Shown here in pieces: positions 23,052 to 32,830 of a stretch of DNA of 64,000 bases (its first letter is position 1; each line of letters starts with the position of its first letter). The stretch lies in contig OX639991.1 of assembly GCA_951828585.1 (NCBI GenBank), forward strand, positions 898,576-962,575, written 5' to 3'. The stretch is from Longimicrobiales bacterium. GTDB lineage: Bacteria > Gemmatimonadota > Gemmatimonadetes > Longimicrobiales > Gaopeijiaceae. The translations under genes were made by a program, and so were the position numbers. The notes under the pieces were generated by a model, which worked only from the letters and a program-made list of their open reading frames with translations, searched no databases and was not told the DNA's origin.

Positions 23052-24308
23052 TCAGCTCCCTTCGCACTCCCCCCACTTCGACGCCCGGCCAACCCCTGGG
23101 CGCTCAGGGTCGTTCAGCTCTTCGAAGACCTGCTCCATCAATCCCTTGCGATGCAGGTCGACTAGCCGCTGCCCTTCCAGGTGGAGCTCGGCGAAGCGTT
23201 CCCAGAGGATCAGCTCCTCCATCTCTTCCGCGGTGGTCGGCACGTCGTGGGGCGGCAGCCCGACCGCGCCCCGCAACCCGTTCAGGACCGCCGTGGCGCC
23301 GCCGTGGTCACCCCTCACGGCCTTCGCCTCGGCGACGATCAGCTGCGCCATGTCGTAGTGCACGATGGGGATGTCGTCTTCCTCGTGGACGTACTTGAGC
23401 GGGCGGTAGTGAGGCACCTCGGAGTTCGCGAGCGTACCGCCATCGTAGTGCACCGGGATCCGTTGATCCTCCTCCCCACTCCACGGATCGATCATGAACC
23501 CCGGATCTTCGCTCTCCTCAACCAGCGGCCACCACTTGTGCAGGAACCCGACTTCCCTGGCCTGATGGATCCACAGCACCAGGGGATTGGGGTCGCCGGC
23601 GATGTGGTAGGACACGTAGGAGAATCCCGCCGGAACAGCCATCGCATCGGACTCGGCTCCGTCCCAGTCCTCGAGCAGCATGCGTGTCTGGGCCCTCCCG
23701 GCGTGGGATGCATTCAGATAGTGCGGGCTGCCCGCCCGCCGCGCCGTCTCGATGGCCAGGCCGAGAGACTGTTCCGCCAGCCGCAATAGTTGCGTGTCCG
23801 GCAGAAGCTCGTCATCCAGGCGTGTCTCGCAGAAGGTCATGCCCAAATACAACTCGGCCAGCCCCGCGGCCCAACGCGCCTGTGCCATCAAGGGATGGGA
23901 TTCGGCGTCCACGGGGTCCAGTTCCCCGAGCAGGCGGTCCTCCACAACCGATGCGAGCTGTCGCGCCTGGCTCCAGCTATACGACGCAAACTCGAGCCAC
24001 AATCCGAGTGCGGGGTCTGGATCAGCTTGCTGAAGCACATCGGCCTGAAGGGCCTGGATGAGTACCCACCCACCCGTGGCCCTCTGCGCCAGGTCCTCCG
24101 CCCCGTTTGCCTTGGGGGTGAGTTCATGCTCAAGCTCAGAGAGGATGCGTCGTTTCTCGCCCTCCCCGTCAAAGAAATCGCACCCGGAAAAAGCCAGGGC
24201 CGCCAGCACGGCAACCTGAACCCCGCGAATCGGACCGAGCCACCCACCTCCGGCCCTTCCCGTCCCCTCCACCCCCCGAAACCACGACTTCCTCGGCTGC
24301 ACGCTCAT
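23052..24308 (-). CDS. SusD/RagB-like lipoprotein (short, 418 aa) with no adjacent SusC
   Basis: ATG at 24308, lipobox 'AFSGC'. C-terminal 'ELILWERFAELHLEGQRLVDLHRKG' matches the SusD/RagB C-terminal signature. Begins 21 nt after the DUF4340 gene stop. Confidence 0.6.
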   Translation of the reverse strand: MSVQPRKSWFRGVEGTGRAGGGWLGPIRGVQVAVLAALAFSGCDFFDGEGEKRRILSELEHELTPKANGAEDLAQRATGGWVLIQALQADVLQQADPDPALGLWLEFASYSWSQARQLASVVEDRLLGELDPVDAESHPLMAQARWAAGLAELYLGMTFCETRLDDELLPDTQLLRLAEQSLGLAIETARRAGSPHYLNASHAGRAQTRMLLEDWDGAESDAMAVPAGFSYVSYHIAGDPNPLVLWIHQAREVGFLHKWWPLVEESEDPGFMIDPWSGEEDQRIPVHYDGGTLANSEVPHYRPLKYVHEEDDIPIVHYDMAQLIVAEAKAVRGDHGGATAVLNGLRGAVGLPPHDVPTTAEEMEELILWERFAELHLEGQRLVDLHRKGLMEQVFEELNDPERPGVGRASKWGECEGS

Positions 24309-24329
24309 GTCCAGCCTCCTCTCACGGCT

Positions 24330-25250
24330 CTAGAAAACGTCCCCCACCGCCTGTTCCACGCGCTCGCCCAGTATGCTGGGAACACGGCCCAGCGTGCGCG
24401 TGGTTTCGCTCCTTAGAAAATAAGTCTTTCGGTCCGCGTCGCCATCATGCCAGAGCTGGACGAATCCCAGGGGCTGCCCGTCCACGCTGACATAGTCCAC
24501 CCGGAGGAACGGCGTCAGGGTCTGCAGGGCAGGCAGGTTGTCGTAACCCTCGATGGCCACCATTCCCACGCGCTCCATGAAGTTGCCGAAGCCGGCGTCG
24601 GCGTTCCCACCGTCCATTTCGGTCCAATCGCCCGACTCGGTGCGGGCCATGCGGCGTTCTCCGTCCGGCCCGCTGATGCGTACCGCGCCGACTTCGCTGT
24701 CGATAAAGTGGTGCACGGAACGCTCCCGGACCGCTCCATCGCCGCTGTCCAGCCTGTCGACAAGGAGCCGTGACAGCACATATCCCATTCCGGTGGAGGG
24801 CTCCATTGCGTATCGATCGTTGGAGCCGAAAACCGAATCGCCGACCGCCAGCACGCGCTGTCCATCGGTAAACCGGACCGTGAGCTGCCTTTGGGGATCG
24901 TCGAGTCCATATCGCGTCTTCCGTTCCGGCGACAGTTCCCCGAGGTCGCGCAGCGCCCGCAGGACGGCGAGTTCTTCGAACAGAAAGTGCCCCTCCATGC
25001 CGACGGGAAACTCCATGGGCGCCTCGTCCCCCCGAGTCTGGACACCCCACAGGAACGCTCCGTCGTCGTCGCGGCGGCGCGACACCTGCAGGTCGAGCGT
25101 CGCGTTTCGGTAGTGCAGACCGACGACCTCCGTGCTGTCCCGTTCCCACACCACGGCGAGATCCCTGTCCTCCACGTCAACGGTATCGCGAGTCCAGGTC
25201 AGCAGCGTCGCGACCACCGCCACGGCGAAGAGGGCGATATGGGCCTTCAC
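24330..25250 (-). CDS. DUF4340-like protein (fourth gene of the GldG-type ABC operon)
   Basis: GTG at 25250 forms a GTGA overlap with the GldG-like stop. N-terminal TM 'IALFAVAVVATLL'. The operon context is typical for DUF4340. Confidence 0.6.
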   Translation of the reverse strand: MKAHIALFAVAVVATLLTWTRDTVDVEDRDLAVVWERDSTEVVGLHYRNATLDLQVSRRRDDDGAFLWGVQTRGDEAPMEFPVGMEGHFLFEELAVLRALRDLGELSPERKTRYGLDDPQRQLTVRFTDGQRVLAVGDSVFGSNDRYAMEPSTGMGYVLSRLLVDRLDSGDGAVRERSVHHFIDSEVGAVRISGPDGERRMARTESGDWTEMDGGNADAGFGNFMERVGMVAIEGYDNLPALQTLTPFLRVDYVSVDGQPLGFVQLWHDGDADRKTYFLRSETTRTLGRVPSILGERVEQAVGDVF

Positions 25251-27184
25251 GAGCCGTCCCCCTCGCGGACGCTGCGGCGGCGGTAGAGTACCAGGAGACC
25301 CGCGCCCAGCACCAGCAGCGGGGCTCCCCATATGATCGCGTAGAACCAGATCACGTTCTCCGAGCGCGTGTGCACGATTGGCACATCCGCTTCGGAAAAC
25401 ACCTCGCCCGAGAACTCTTCTTCCCGCCCCAGCCACTTGATCCCGTCCGCGGCGACCGCCGTGTTGATCATCTGGCTCCTCAAGATCTGGTCCGAGAAGA
25501 TGTCCGCGTCGGCATAGACCAGCGCTCGCATCCCGTCCCCCCTTGCGTCCTCCCCGTTCTGGCCGCCCGCGACACGCTCGACGGCCGCCGCGATGCCGTG
25601 GGACCCCCGCTCCTCGGTCTCCTCGTCGAACTGGAAGTTGCTGTTCCGGTCCTGGTAGTTGCTCGGTAGGGCGTTGATGATCGTGGTGATGCGCAACCCC
25701 TCGACATCCTCCGCCTCGCTGACTCTGCCCGGCCCGTCCATCATGAGCCCTGTGCGTCCTCCGATCCCCCGGCCCGCCGCGTTCACCGCCGGGTGTGTCG
25801 AGAACCGGTTCGTCAGGACCAGCCGGCGGTTGGCAATGGAGCCTCTTCCCCCGTAGTGGTTGTCGTCGTCGAGCGTCATCGCGGGGTCGTAGTCGATCCC
25901 CAGGCGGTCGCGCAACTCCTCGAAGCGGAACTCGCGGTCCGGCTCGAGGGCCACCAGCAGCGAGCCGCCCCGGTCCACATGGTCGAAGATCGCGTCCATC
26001 TCCGTTTCGTGGAAAGGCCGTTTCGGCGCGAGGATCATGACCATCGCGGCGTTGTCGGGAATGCGGTCGCCCAGTCCCTGCCTGAGCCCGATGTCGCGGA
26101 CCGTGTAGTTGAGCTGCTCCAGAAGGGTGCGAAGCATCTGCAGCGGCAGTTCCTCCTCAGGCGAGAACTCCCCCCCTTCGCGCACCGCCTGGAGCTTGCG
26201 ATCAAGGGCGTCAGGTTCCTCCACGACTGCCTGCGGATCGTTGAGTTCCCCGTGCCCGGTGGTCAGGTAGGCGAAGCGACGCTGCCGGGCCAGCTGGAGC
26301 AGTGCCTGCTGCACATGGCCATCCAGAACCCGCAGGCTGCCGCGGGCGAATTCCAGTTCCAACGCGAAATCGAGTTGCTCCGTACGCCCCGCGACCCGCA
26401 GAAAGACGGACCCGTCGCGGCGGACTTCGTAATCCGCGGCCGCATCTGGGTTGGAGAAGCGGTCGTACTCCTCGATGACGACCCGTTCCGTGGCGCGGGC
26501 CAACTCCCGAAAATAGCCGAGAAGCTCTTCCTTCACCGGGTGCACCGAAGGGAAGAAGAACGCCACCTGCAGCGGTGCTTCCAGGCTCAGCACGATCTCG
26601 CGCACGGCGTCGCCGGGCTGCGAGGTCTTGAAGTAGCTCAAGTCGATCGTGCGGTCGAGCGCGGTGGTCACGTAGCCGAACAGCAGGAGCGCGGCGCCCG
26701 CCAACCCGAGGCTCAGCGCATTGGCGGAGCTTCCCCTTGCCCGCAGGGCGTCGATATGAAGTGCGCCTGCGCTGCCCCCCCTCCCCAGCGCCCACTGGGC
26801 CGCCAGAACCGGTAGCAGCGAGCACCCCAGGAGAATCGGCGAGGCCACCGAAAAGAACCTCTTCAGGCGCACGTGTTCGCTGATTTCCTGGAAGCTGAAG
26901 CCAAGGAATTCCAGACCCGTGTCCGTGCCCGGGATGAAGCCGGCGAGCCCGACAACGCAACCGAGGGTGCCAAAGGCGAAGATGGTCGCGATCGAACGTT
27001 GATCCCCCTCGGAGTGCTTCAGGGCGCGGAAGCGCCACGCCGTGACGAGGAGCAGTAGCGCGATGCCTACCACCGTCAACGGGTAGCTGAGATAGGGCAG
27101 GCCGTCGAAAACACGCCAGCCCGAAAAGACCGCGGCCAGCCCGGCCAGCAACAACCACGTCGGAAGGGGGCGCGTCACTCCCAT
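25247..27184 (-). CDS. GldG-like ABC-transporter auxiliary component (ABC_transp_aux-type) with N- and C-terminal TM segments
   Basis: ATG at 27184. Multi-TM N-terminus, large soluble domain, C-terminal TM 'IIWGAPLLVLGAGLLVLY'. Follows an ABC-2 permease and an ATPase. Confidence 0.7.
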   Translation of the reverse strand: MGVTRPLPTWLLLAGLAAVFSGWRVFDGLPYLSYPLTVVGIALLLLVTAWRFRALKHSEGDQRSIATIFAFGTLGCVVGLAGFIPGTDTGLEFLGFSFQEISEHVRLKRFFSVASPILLGCSLLPVLAAQWALGRGGSAGALHIDALRARGSSANALSLGLAGAALLLFGYVTTALDRTIDLSYFKTSQPGDAVREIVLSLEAPLQVAFFFPSVHPVKEELLGYFRELARATERVVIEEYDRFSNPDAAADYEVRRDGSVFLRVAGRTEQLDFALELEFARGSLRVLDGHVQQALLQLARQRRFAYLTTGHGELNDPQAVVEEPDALDRKLQAVREGGEFSPEEELPLQMLRTLLEQLNYTVRDIGLRQGLGDRIPDNAAMVMILAPKRPFHETEMDAIFDHVDRGGSLLVALEPDREFRFEELRDRLGIDYDPAMTLDDDNHYGGRGSIANRRLVLTNRFSTHPAVNAAGRGIGGRTGLMMDGPGRVSEAEDVEGLRITTIINALPSNYQDRNSNFQFDEETEERGSHGIAAAVERVAGGQNGEDARGDGMRALVYADADIFSDQILRSQMINTAVAADGIKWLGREEEFSGEVFSEADVPIVHTRSENVIWFYAIIWGAPLLVLGAGLLVLYRRRSVREGDGS

Positions 27185-27912
27185 CGCTTCGCCTCCATGA
27201 CCTTGATGGCCGCGAAGAGGAAGAAGTAGCTCATGGCTAGGTAGTAGACGACGTCACGGAGGTGCAGGATGCCCGACTGGAACCCCGCCCAGTGACGCCC
27301 GTGAATCGTAAGGGCGGCAAAGAACCGCCCGAACGGGGGCCCGACGATTTCGGCAAGGGGCATGAAGAGAAAGAGCGCGCCCGTGATGACCGCCGCCACG
27401 GCCGCCGCCACCAGCTGGTGCCGGGTCAGCGCGCTGGCGAACAGCCCGATGGCGAGCACGGCAGCTCCGAGCAGGGTCAGGCCCAGGTACCCGATCAGGA
27501 TGTGCCCGACGGCGATCTTGCCGTTCACCAGGATCAGCAGGGGCATGTACAGCGTCGCCACGGTGATCAGGCTCAGGAACGCCAGCGCGGACAGAAACTT
27601 GCCGAGCAGGATCTCCCAGTCGCGCACCGGCGAGGTGTCCAGGAGGAGCAGGGTGCCGGTCTGGCGCTCCTCGGCGACCAGTCGAATCGACAACGCCACC
27701 GCCGCGATCGCCGTCATGCCGCTGGCGAAGTAGAGGAAGCCTTCGAGCACCTGCCCCGAAAGCAGTTCGCCCTCGCGAGAATTGAGCGCGTATGCATAGA
27801 ACAGGATGCCGTCGATGAGGAGAACCACCGCCGCCACGATGTAGCCCATCGGGGAGCGCACGTAGGCGTTGAATTCCCGCCGGAAGATGATGCCCGTCGC
27901 GTCTAGTGCCAC
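27175..27912 (-). CDS. ABC-2 type permease (GldF-like)
   Basis: GTG at 27912 overlaps the ATPase 3' end by 10 nt. 'IIFRREFNAYVRSPMGYIV' plus six predicted TM segments. The first in-frame ATG would delete conserved N-terminal residues. Confidence 0.75.
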   Translation of the reverse strand: MALDATGIIFRREFNAYVRSPMGYIVAAVVLLIDGILFYAYALNSREGELLSGQVLEGFLYFASGMTAIAAVALSIRLVAEERQTGTLLLLDTSPVRDWEILLGKFLSALAFLSLITVATLYMPLLILVNGKIAVGHILIGYLGLTLLGAAVLAIGLFASALTRHQLVAAAVAAVITGALFLFMPLAEIVGPPFGRFFAALTIHGRHWAGFQSGILHLRDVVYYLAMSYFFLFAAIKVMEAKRWE

Positions 27913-28871
27913 GTTTCCCCCCCACCCACCAATCCCACGAAGACACGCTCCAGCCCGCGCTCCGCCCGGTTCAGGGCGACCACGTCGTGACCGGTCTCCA
28001 CCAGGGCCCGGCAAACCTCGGCGCGCAGATCCGATTCGCCTTCCACCTGGAAGATGACCACACCCGCCTCGCCGGCCTGTCTGCCGGTGGAATCCGGTGT
28101 CTGCACGGAGGTCACGCCCGCGACCTGGGCAATAGCCGCCTGCGCGGCCTCGACCGGCCCATCACCATCGAGGCGCACCGTGACCGACAGCCTCCGCGAC
28201 GCAAACAGCTTCTCGCCCAACTCCTCCTCGGTCCCCGAAGCCACGATCTCGCCGTCGTTGAGGATCAGCAGGCGGTCGCAGGTCCGGCTGATCTCGGGAA
28301 GGATGTGGCTCGAAATCAGGATCGTGTGCGAATCCGTGAGGGACCGGATCATCGCCCTCATCTCCATGATCTGCACGGGATCCAGGTCGTGGGTCGGCTC
28401 GTCGAGGATGAGGAGTTCGGGTTCGTGGATGATCGCCTGCGCCACGCCGACCCGCTGGCGGTAACCCTGCGAGAGGTGTCCGGTGGGCATGTCGCGCACC
28501 TCCACGATGCGCGTGCGCTCCTGGACTTCGGGCATGCGTCGGGCCACCGCCTCGGGCGTCATCCCCTTGATGCGCCCGGCGAAGGCCAGGTAGTCGGTCA
28601 CCGTCATGTCGCGGTAGACGGGCGGCAGTTCGGGCAGGTAGCCCACCCGCTTGCGCACCTCGTGAGGGTCGCGGAGCACGTCCAGGCCGTCGACCAGGAC
28701 CGTCCCCGAAGACGGTCGCAGACCGCAGGCGAGGATGCGCAGCAGCGTGGTCTTGCCGACGCCGTTGAGCCCCAGGAACCCGACCGTGTTGCCCTTCTCG
28801 ATCTCGAAGGAGACGGGGCCCAGCGCCCGCTTGTTTCCGTAGTATTTCGTGACGTCGGTCAGGTGGACCAT
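27903..28871 (-). CDS. ABC transporter ATP-binding protein (GldA-like)
   Basis: Walker A 'GLNGVGKTT', signature 'LSQGYRQR', Walker B 'LLILDEP'. Confidence 0.92.
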   Translation of the reverse strand: MVHLTDVTKYYGNKRALGPVSFEIEKGNTVGFLGLNGVGKTTLLRILACGLRPSSGTVLVDGLDVLRDPHEVRKRVGYLPELPPVYRDMTVTDYLAFAGRIKGMTPEAVARRMPEVQERTRIVEVRDMPTGHLSQGYRQRVGVAQAIIHEPELLILDEPTHDLDPVQIMEMRAMIRSLTDSHTILISSHILPEISRTCDRLLILNDGEIVASGTEEELGEKLFASRRLSVTVRLDGDGPVEAAQAAIAQVAGVTSVQTPDSTGRQAGEAGVVIFQVEGESDLRAEVCRALVETGHDVVALNRAERGLERVFVGLVGGGETWH

Positions 28872-28968
28872 GTGGACGGGTTCGGTGAGCCGGGATGAAG
28901 GTGGGACAAAAAAGCTAGAAGGGGGACCGGGAAGGTCAAGCCCGGGGCGCCGTCCGGGCCATCGTTTC

Positions 28969-30213
28969 TCAAAGCGATTCGAGGAAACGGATCACGGCGC
29001 GTCTCGCCCCCTCCGGAAGCAGCTGGAAGGCGTCACGGGCCACCGCCGCCTCGCCGCCGTGGGCCGCGACCGCACCGGCGATATCCGTCGCCCGGCCGTC
29101 GTGAAGGAGCCTGTCCCGGTACCGCAGACCCCACAGCGGCGCGGTTCGCAGTTCGCCCGGCGCCGCGTCGAAGCCGCACACATCCGCCAACTCCTCGCCC
29201 AGGTCGTGCAGGAGAAGGTCCGAGTACGGTCGCAGCGTACGCTCGGCCAGGGCCGTCGCGGCCGACTCGCCGGTGCGCAATTCCTGACGGTGGCACGATG
29301 TGCAGCCGATCTGGCCGAAGAGCGCTTCACCCTGTTCGACGGTGTCCTGCGCGGCGCCGGACAGCTCCCGTTCGGGCGCGGGAGGAGCCAGAAAGCGCAC
29401 GAAATCCGTGATGTGCCCCATGGTGGGGGCATCGATTTCGGGGTCGGGCATGGGGTCCGCCTCGGGGGGGACGGGCGTACCGTTTCTGGGCTCTTCGTCC
29501 GGGTGGCGGTGGGTGGTGAAGCCGAGTTCGAAGCGCAGGGCCGTGTCCACGAAGTCCTCGACGGTGGCGGCGTCGCCCTTGCGCCCGAACCTGGCCGCGC
29601 GACCATCCGCCAGTCGTGGCAACCGCCCCGATATGCCGTTCCCGTCGCGGTCGTCCGGGTCGGCCCATTCCTCCAGCACCGCTTCGGGGACGGCTTCGAG
29701 CAGACCCAGGCCCAGAAGCGAAGGCCCGGTCATGAGAGCGGTGGCGTTGGCGGCTTCGGGCACCTCTTCGGGGCCCATTCCGTGCGCCTTGAGGAGGTCG
29801 GTGGCGCGTCGCTGGATGTTGTCTCCGCCGACGGCGTGCAGGAGGTCGCAGCGGCCGTCCTCGAAACGGGTGGCCTTGAGGACGCGCACCCGCTGGCCCC
29901 CGCTCCCTCCGGTGACGGGCTGGTCGTGGCAATCGCTGCACCGCTCGCCGTTGTAGAGGGGACCGAGCCCTTCGTCGGCGGTGGCGAGGCGTTCGAAGAG
30001 GGCACGGCCGAGCAGAAAGCGGCCGCGTTCGCCGGTGGAAAGCCCCGAAAGGGGTTCACCCGGGGCGGGCAGCGGCTCGGGCTCGGCGTCGGCGCAGGCA
30101 ACGGCCATAGCCGCGCAGAGCAGGGTGATCAGGCGGGCAGTCGCCGGTCGGCTGCCCGGGGCTTCCTCCGCGCCGGTGCCACAGTCAGCGCCGGGGCACC
30201 AGGTGGGGCTCAC
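28969..30213 (-). CDS. Di-haem oxidoreductase (DUF1111 / 'thiol oxidoreductase' family) lipoprotein
   Basis: Two CxxCH motifs ('CSDCH', 'CTSCH') in the DUF1111-like arrangement. Proposed GTG start at 30213 forms a GTGA overlap with the upstream gene. Lipobox 'MAVAC'. Start is uncertain. Confidence 0.7.
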   Translation of the reverse strand: MSPTWCPGADCGTGAEEAPGSRPATARLITLLCAAMAVACADAEPEPLPAPGEPLSGLSTGERGRFLLGRALFERLATADEGLGPLYNGERCSDCHDQPVTGGSGGQRVRVLKATRFEDGRCDLLHAVGGDNIQRRATDLLKAHGMGPEEVPEAANATALMTGPSLLGLGLLEAVPEAVLEEWADPDDRDGNGISGRLPRLADGRAARFGRKGDAATVEDFVDTALRFELGFTTHRHPDEEPRNGTPVPPEADPMPDPEIDAPTMGHITDFVRFLAPPAPERELSGAAQDTVEQGEALFGQIGCTSCHRQELRTGESAATALAERTLRPYSDLLLHDLGEELADVCGFDAAPGELRTAPLWGLRYRDRLLHDGRATDIAGAVAAHGGEAAVARDAFQLLPEGARRAVIRFLESL

Positions 30214-31544
30214 GGTCCCGGGCCCCCGGTTCCACCCGCTTCCGCGAGCATCCTCCGCGCAAGAACGATCGACGCGAGCACCCCCCGCGGCCGAACCGTG
30301 TGGTCGATGCGTCCCCGCAACCATTCCTCGAGTAGCGGCGGCAACGATCTGGCGTCCAGCTGCCGCGAGACCAGGAGTTCCATGTGCCGCGCCAGAGCGG
30401 AACGGGAGGGCGCGTCCGGGGCGTCGAGTTCCAGCTCGCCGCTCCAGTATTCGATCTCGTCGGCGTGGGCCGCGGCGAAGCTCTCTTCCAGGGTTGGGGA
30501 CAGGCCCTCTCCCGCCGCCACCGCATCCATGTAGCGCAGTTCGCGGATCCCCAGGTCGGTGATCAACTGGACGCGTGCATCCCCGGCGGCCGCGGCGAGC
30601 TCGGCCAGCGATTCGGGCGGGAAGAAGTCGAGGTAGCGCGCGACCACCCCCGCGCCGAGAGCGCCCCCTTCCCAGCTGGCCAGCGGCTGCTCCGACTCCA
30701 GCCACTCCGTCGGATCCTGCGCCATCCGGCCCAGGACAGCCGCTCCGCCCGCCGTGGCTTCGAAGCCGCGCGACTCGAGTTCCTGCCGATTCGCCACAGC
30801 GTCCGACTCCGCGAGGAATCGCTGCCGCAGGTGTTCCATGTAGAGAGAACCGACCTCTTCGTAGCGCGGCCGGTAAACGATGTGAAACCCCTGCGCGCTC
30901 TGGACCACGGACGACACCTGTCCCGGCTCCAGCTGGAAGACCGCCCGGTCGAGCGTGGACGGGAGTTCGCCCACGGCAAAGAGCCCCATGAGCCCCCCCG
31001 CGCTCCGCGTCGTCTGGTCCTCGCTCTCCGCCACCACCTGATCCCAGGAACCTCCGTCAACCAGCGTCGAAAGGAGGCGGTCCGCGGTTCGTTGCTGCAG
31101 CACGCGCTCGCTCGAGGACGTTTCGGGTCCGACCCGCCGCAGTGCATGCGCGACAAGGCGGAGCCTGCCATCGGTGAAGATCTCTTCGGCGGACGCCGCG
31201 TCGAGGGTGATTTCGGAACCGAGCCGTGCCTCGCGGTCGGCATCGAGTACCGCCTCCCTGCGCTCCAGCCAGGTGGCCTCGGCCAGTGCCTCGGATCCGA
31301 GCAGCGAATCGCCCGCCGCCGATCGCAGGGAAAGCGCGGCCGTCGACACCCAGTGGTCGGCGAGCTGATGCACGGCCAGCGAGTCCAGGGGGAAGGGCTG
31401 CGCGAGCACGATCAGCTCGGCCAGACGCGCCTCGGTCAGGGTCCAGTCACCCGCCCTGGCTGCGACTCCGCGGTCCGTGAGGTCGCCGCACGCGGCCGCG
31501 CCGGTGAGAAGCAATAGCGGCAGAGCAGCGCGGTTTCGTCCCAC
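30210..31544 (-). CDS. Parvulin-type (PpiC/SurA-like) peptidyl-prolyl isomerase lipoprotein
   Basis: GTG at 31544 gives 'VGRNRAALPLLLLTGAAAC' (good lipoprotein signal). Rotamase core 'GGLMGLFAVGELPSTLDRAVFQLEPGQVSSVVQSAQGFHIV'. Confidence 0.75.
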   Translation of the reverse strand: MGRNRAALPLLLLTGAAACGDLTDRGVAARAGDWTLTEARLAELIVLAQPFPLDSLAVHQLADHWVSTAALSLRSAAGDSLLGSEALAEATWLERREAVLDADREARLGSEITLDAASAEEIFTDGRLRLVAHALRRVGPETSSSERVLQQRTADRLLSTLVDGGSWDQVVAESEDQTTRSAGGLMGLFAVGELPSTLDRAVFQLEPGQVSSVVQSAQGFHIVYRPRYEEVGSLYMEHLRQRFLAESDAVANRQELESRGFEATAGGAAVLGRMAQDPTEWLESEQPLASWEGGALGAGVVARYLDFFPPESLAELAAAAGDARVQLITDLGIRELRYMDAVAAGEGLSPTLEESFAAAHADEIEYWSGELELDAPDAPSRSALARHMELLVSRQLDARSLPPLLEEWLRGRIDHTVRPRGVLASIVLARRMLAEAGGTGGPGP

Positions 31545-31557
31545 GGGTTGCCGGTCG

Positions 31558-32007
31558 TTACCGGACGACGACCGTGATCGTGTCGGCCACGGGGGGATCG
31601 AGCGGGATGTGGACGCCGTCGGCCACCACCGCGATGATGCGGTGCTCGCCCGGGGTGAGGTCTTCCACCGTGAATTCGGTCTGTGCCAGCCCCATGTGAT
31701 AGTGGACACCCGGATCGTTCGGAATCGGCAGCGTCCAATCCACATCCGCGTCCACGATCAGGTGATGATGGCCCGTTCCGGGATCCATGTTCCCCGCAGA
31801 CACGATCTCCACGCCCTCGGTCTCCATGACGAAGATCACCGGACCTGCGTCCAGCTCCGCCCCGTCGGCCGGTTCCACGATGGTCACCGTGCCTGGCGCG
31901 GGGGCGGCGTCGGCCTCTGGAGCCGCCTCCTGGGACTGGTCCCCCCCATCCCCCCCGCATCCCACCAACGCGACTGCCATCATCGCTACTACTGCGAACC
32001 GGGTCAT
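31558..32007 (-). CDS. DUF4399-like lipoprotein
   Basis: ATG at 32007, lipobox 'ALVGC'. 'GTGHHHLIVDADVD' motif. Confidence 0.6.
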   Translation of the reverse strand: MTRFAVVAMMAVALVGCGGDGGDQSQEAAPEADAAPAPGTVTIVEPADGAELDAGPVIFVMETEGVEIVSAGNMDPGTGHHHLIVDADVDWTLPIPNDPGVHYHMGLAQTEFTVEDLTPGEHRIIAVVADGVHIPLDPPVADTITVVVR

Positions 32008-32221
32008 GCCTGCTGCTCCTCGTTTACCGGAATGTGATGCGCCCGCCCTGGGCAGACGGATTTGACAGACCGTCAAGTTGGCCCCACCGGGCGTCACACG
32101 CCACCCCGGGACCCCAACGGATTGCCCCCCTGAGCTGTCATAAGGTGTAACGTCACACGGGACCGCACCGCCGCTACCCGCGGGGACGGTGCCGCCCACC
32201 ATTCAGGAGGAGAACCACTCA

Positions 32222-32725
32222 ATGAACCGCACCAGGAACCTCGCTCGCGTCGCCACGCTGGGACTCGTCGCCGCGGCAGTCACGCTCACCCTTCCCGCAT
32301 CGGCCTTCGCCCAGCGCGGAGCAGGTGGGGGCGGATTCGGCCAGAACCCCGGCATGCAGCTCTGGATGGAGCTGGACGACCGCTTCGACGAAGTCAGCAA
32401 GCAGCTCACCCTCACCGAGACCCAGACAGAGAGTGTGAAGAAGCTGCTCAAGGAGTTCACCGAGAAGAACGCGGGCGTCTCGCGCCTGAAGACCCTGTTC
32501 GCCGACATGCGCTCGCGCGCGGGCCAGAGGGGCGGCGGGGGCGCCGGGGGCGGCGGCGGCGGCCGGGGAGGCGGCGGCATGCAGGGCATGCAGGAGATGC
32601 GCACCCTGATGCAGGACCTGGGCCCCGCATTCGAGGGACTGCACGAGAAAGTTACCGGGCTGCTGGACGAGGAGCAGAAGAAGACCCTGACGGGGTTGCT
32701 CCAGCGGCGGCGCCCGGGCGGCTGA
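32222..32725 (+). CDS. Periplasmic Spy/CpxP-like (LTxxQ) protein with a Gly-rich insert
   Basis: ATG at 32222 after AGGAGG. Signal peptide ending 'ASAFA'. 'LTETQ' and 'LDEEQ' LTxxQ-type motifs. Poly-Gly tract 'GGGGAGGGGGGRGGGG'. Confidence 0.55.
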   Translation: MNRTRNLARVATLGLVAAAVTLTLPASAFAQRGAGGGGFGQNPGMQLWMELDDRFDEVSKQLTLTETQTESVKKLLKEFTEKNAGVSRLKTLFADMRSRAGQRGGGGAGGGGGGRGGGGMQGMQEMRTLMQDLGPAFEGLHEKVTGLLDEEQKKTLTGLLQRRRPGG

Positions 32726-32830
32726 GGGGGGCACGCCCCAACCGGTCCCTGATGCCCCCGCGCCGCTGCGCGCGGCCGGGGGAATCAGGGGCCATTGCTG
32801 TCACAGGGGGTTGCGACCCCTTGGGGTCGG

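Noticed and set aside
32806-32830. GACCCC-tt-GGGGTC / GGGGT-tgcg-ACCCC hairpins between convergent genes, considered as a bidirectional terminator
   Set aside because: The stems are only 5-6 bp, one has a 2-nt loop, and there is no U-tract. The evidence is too weak to call.
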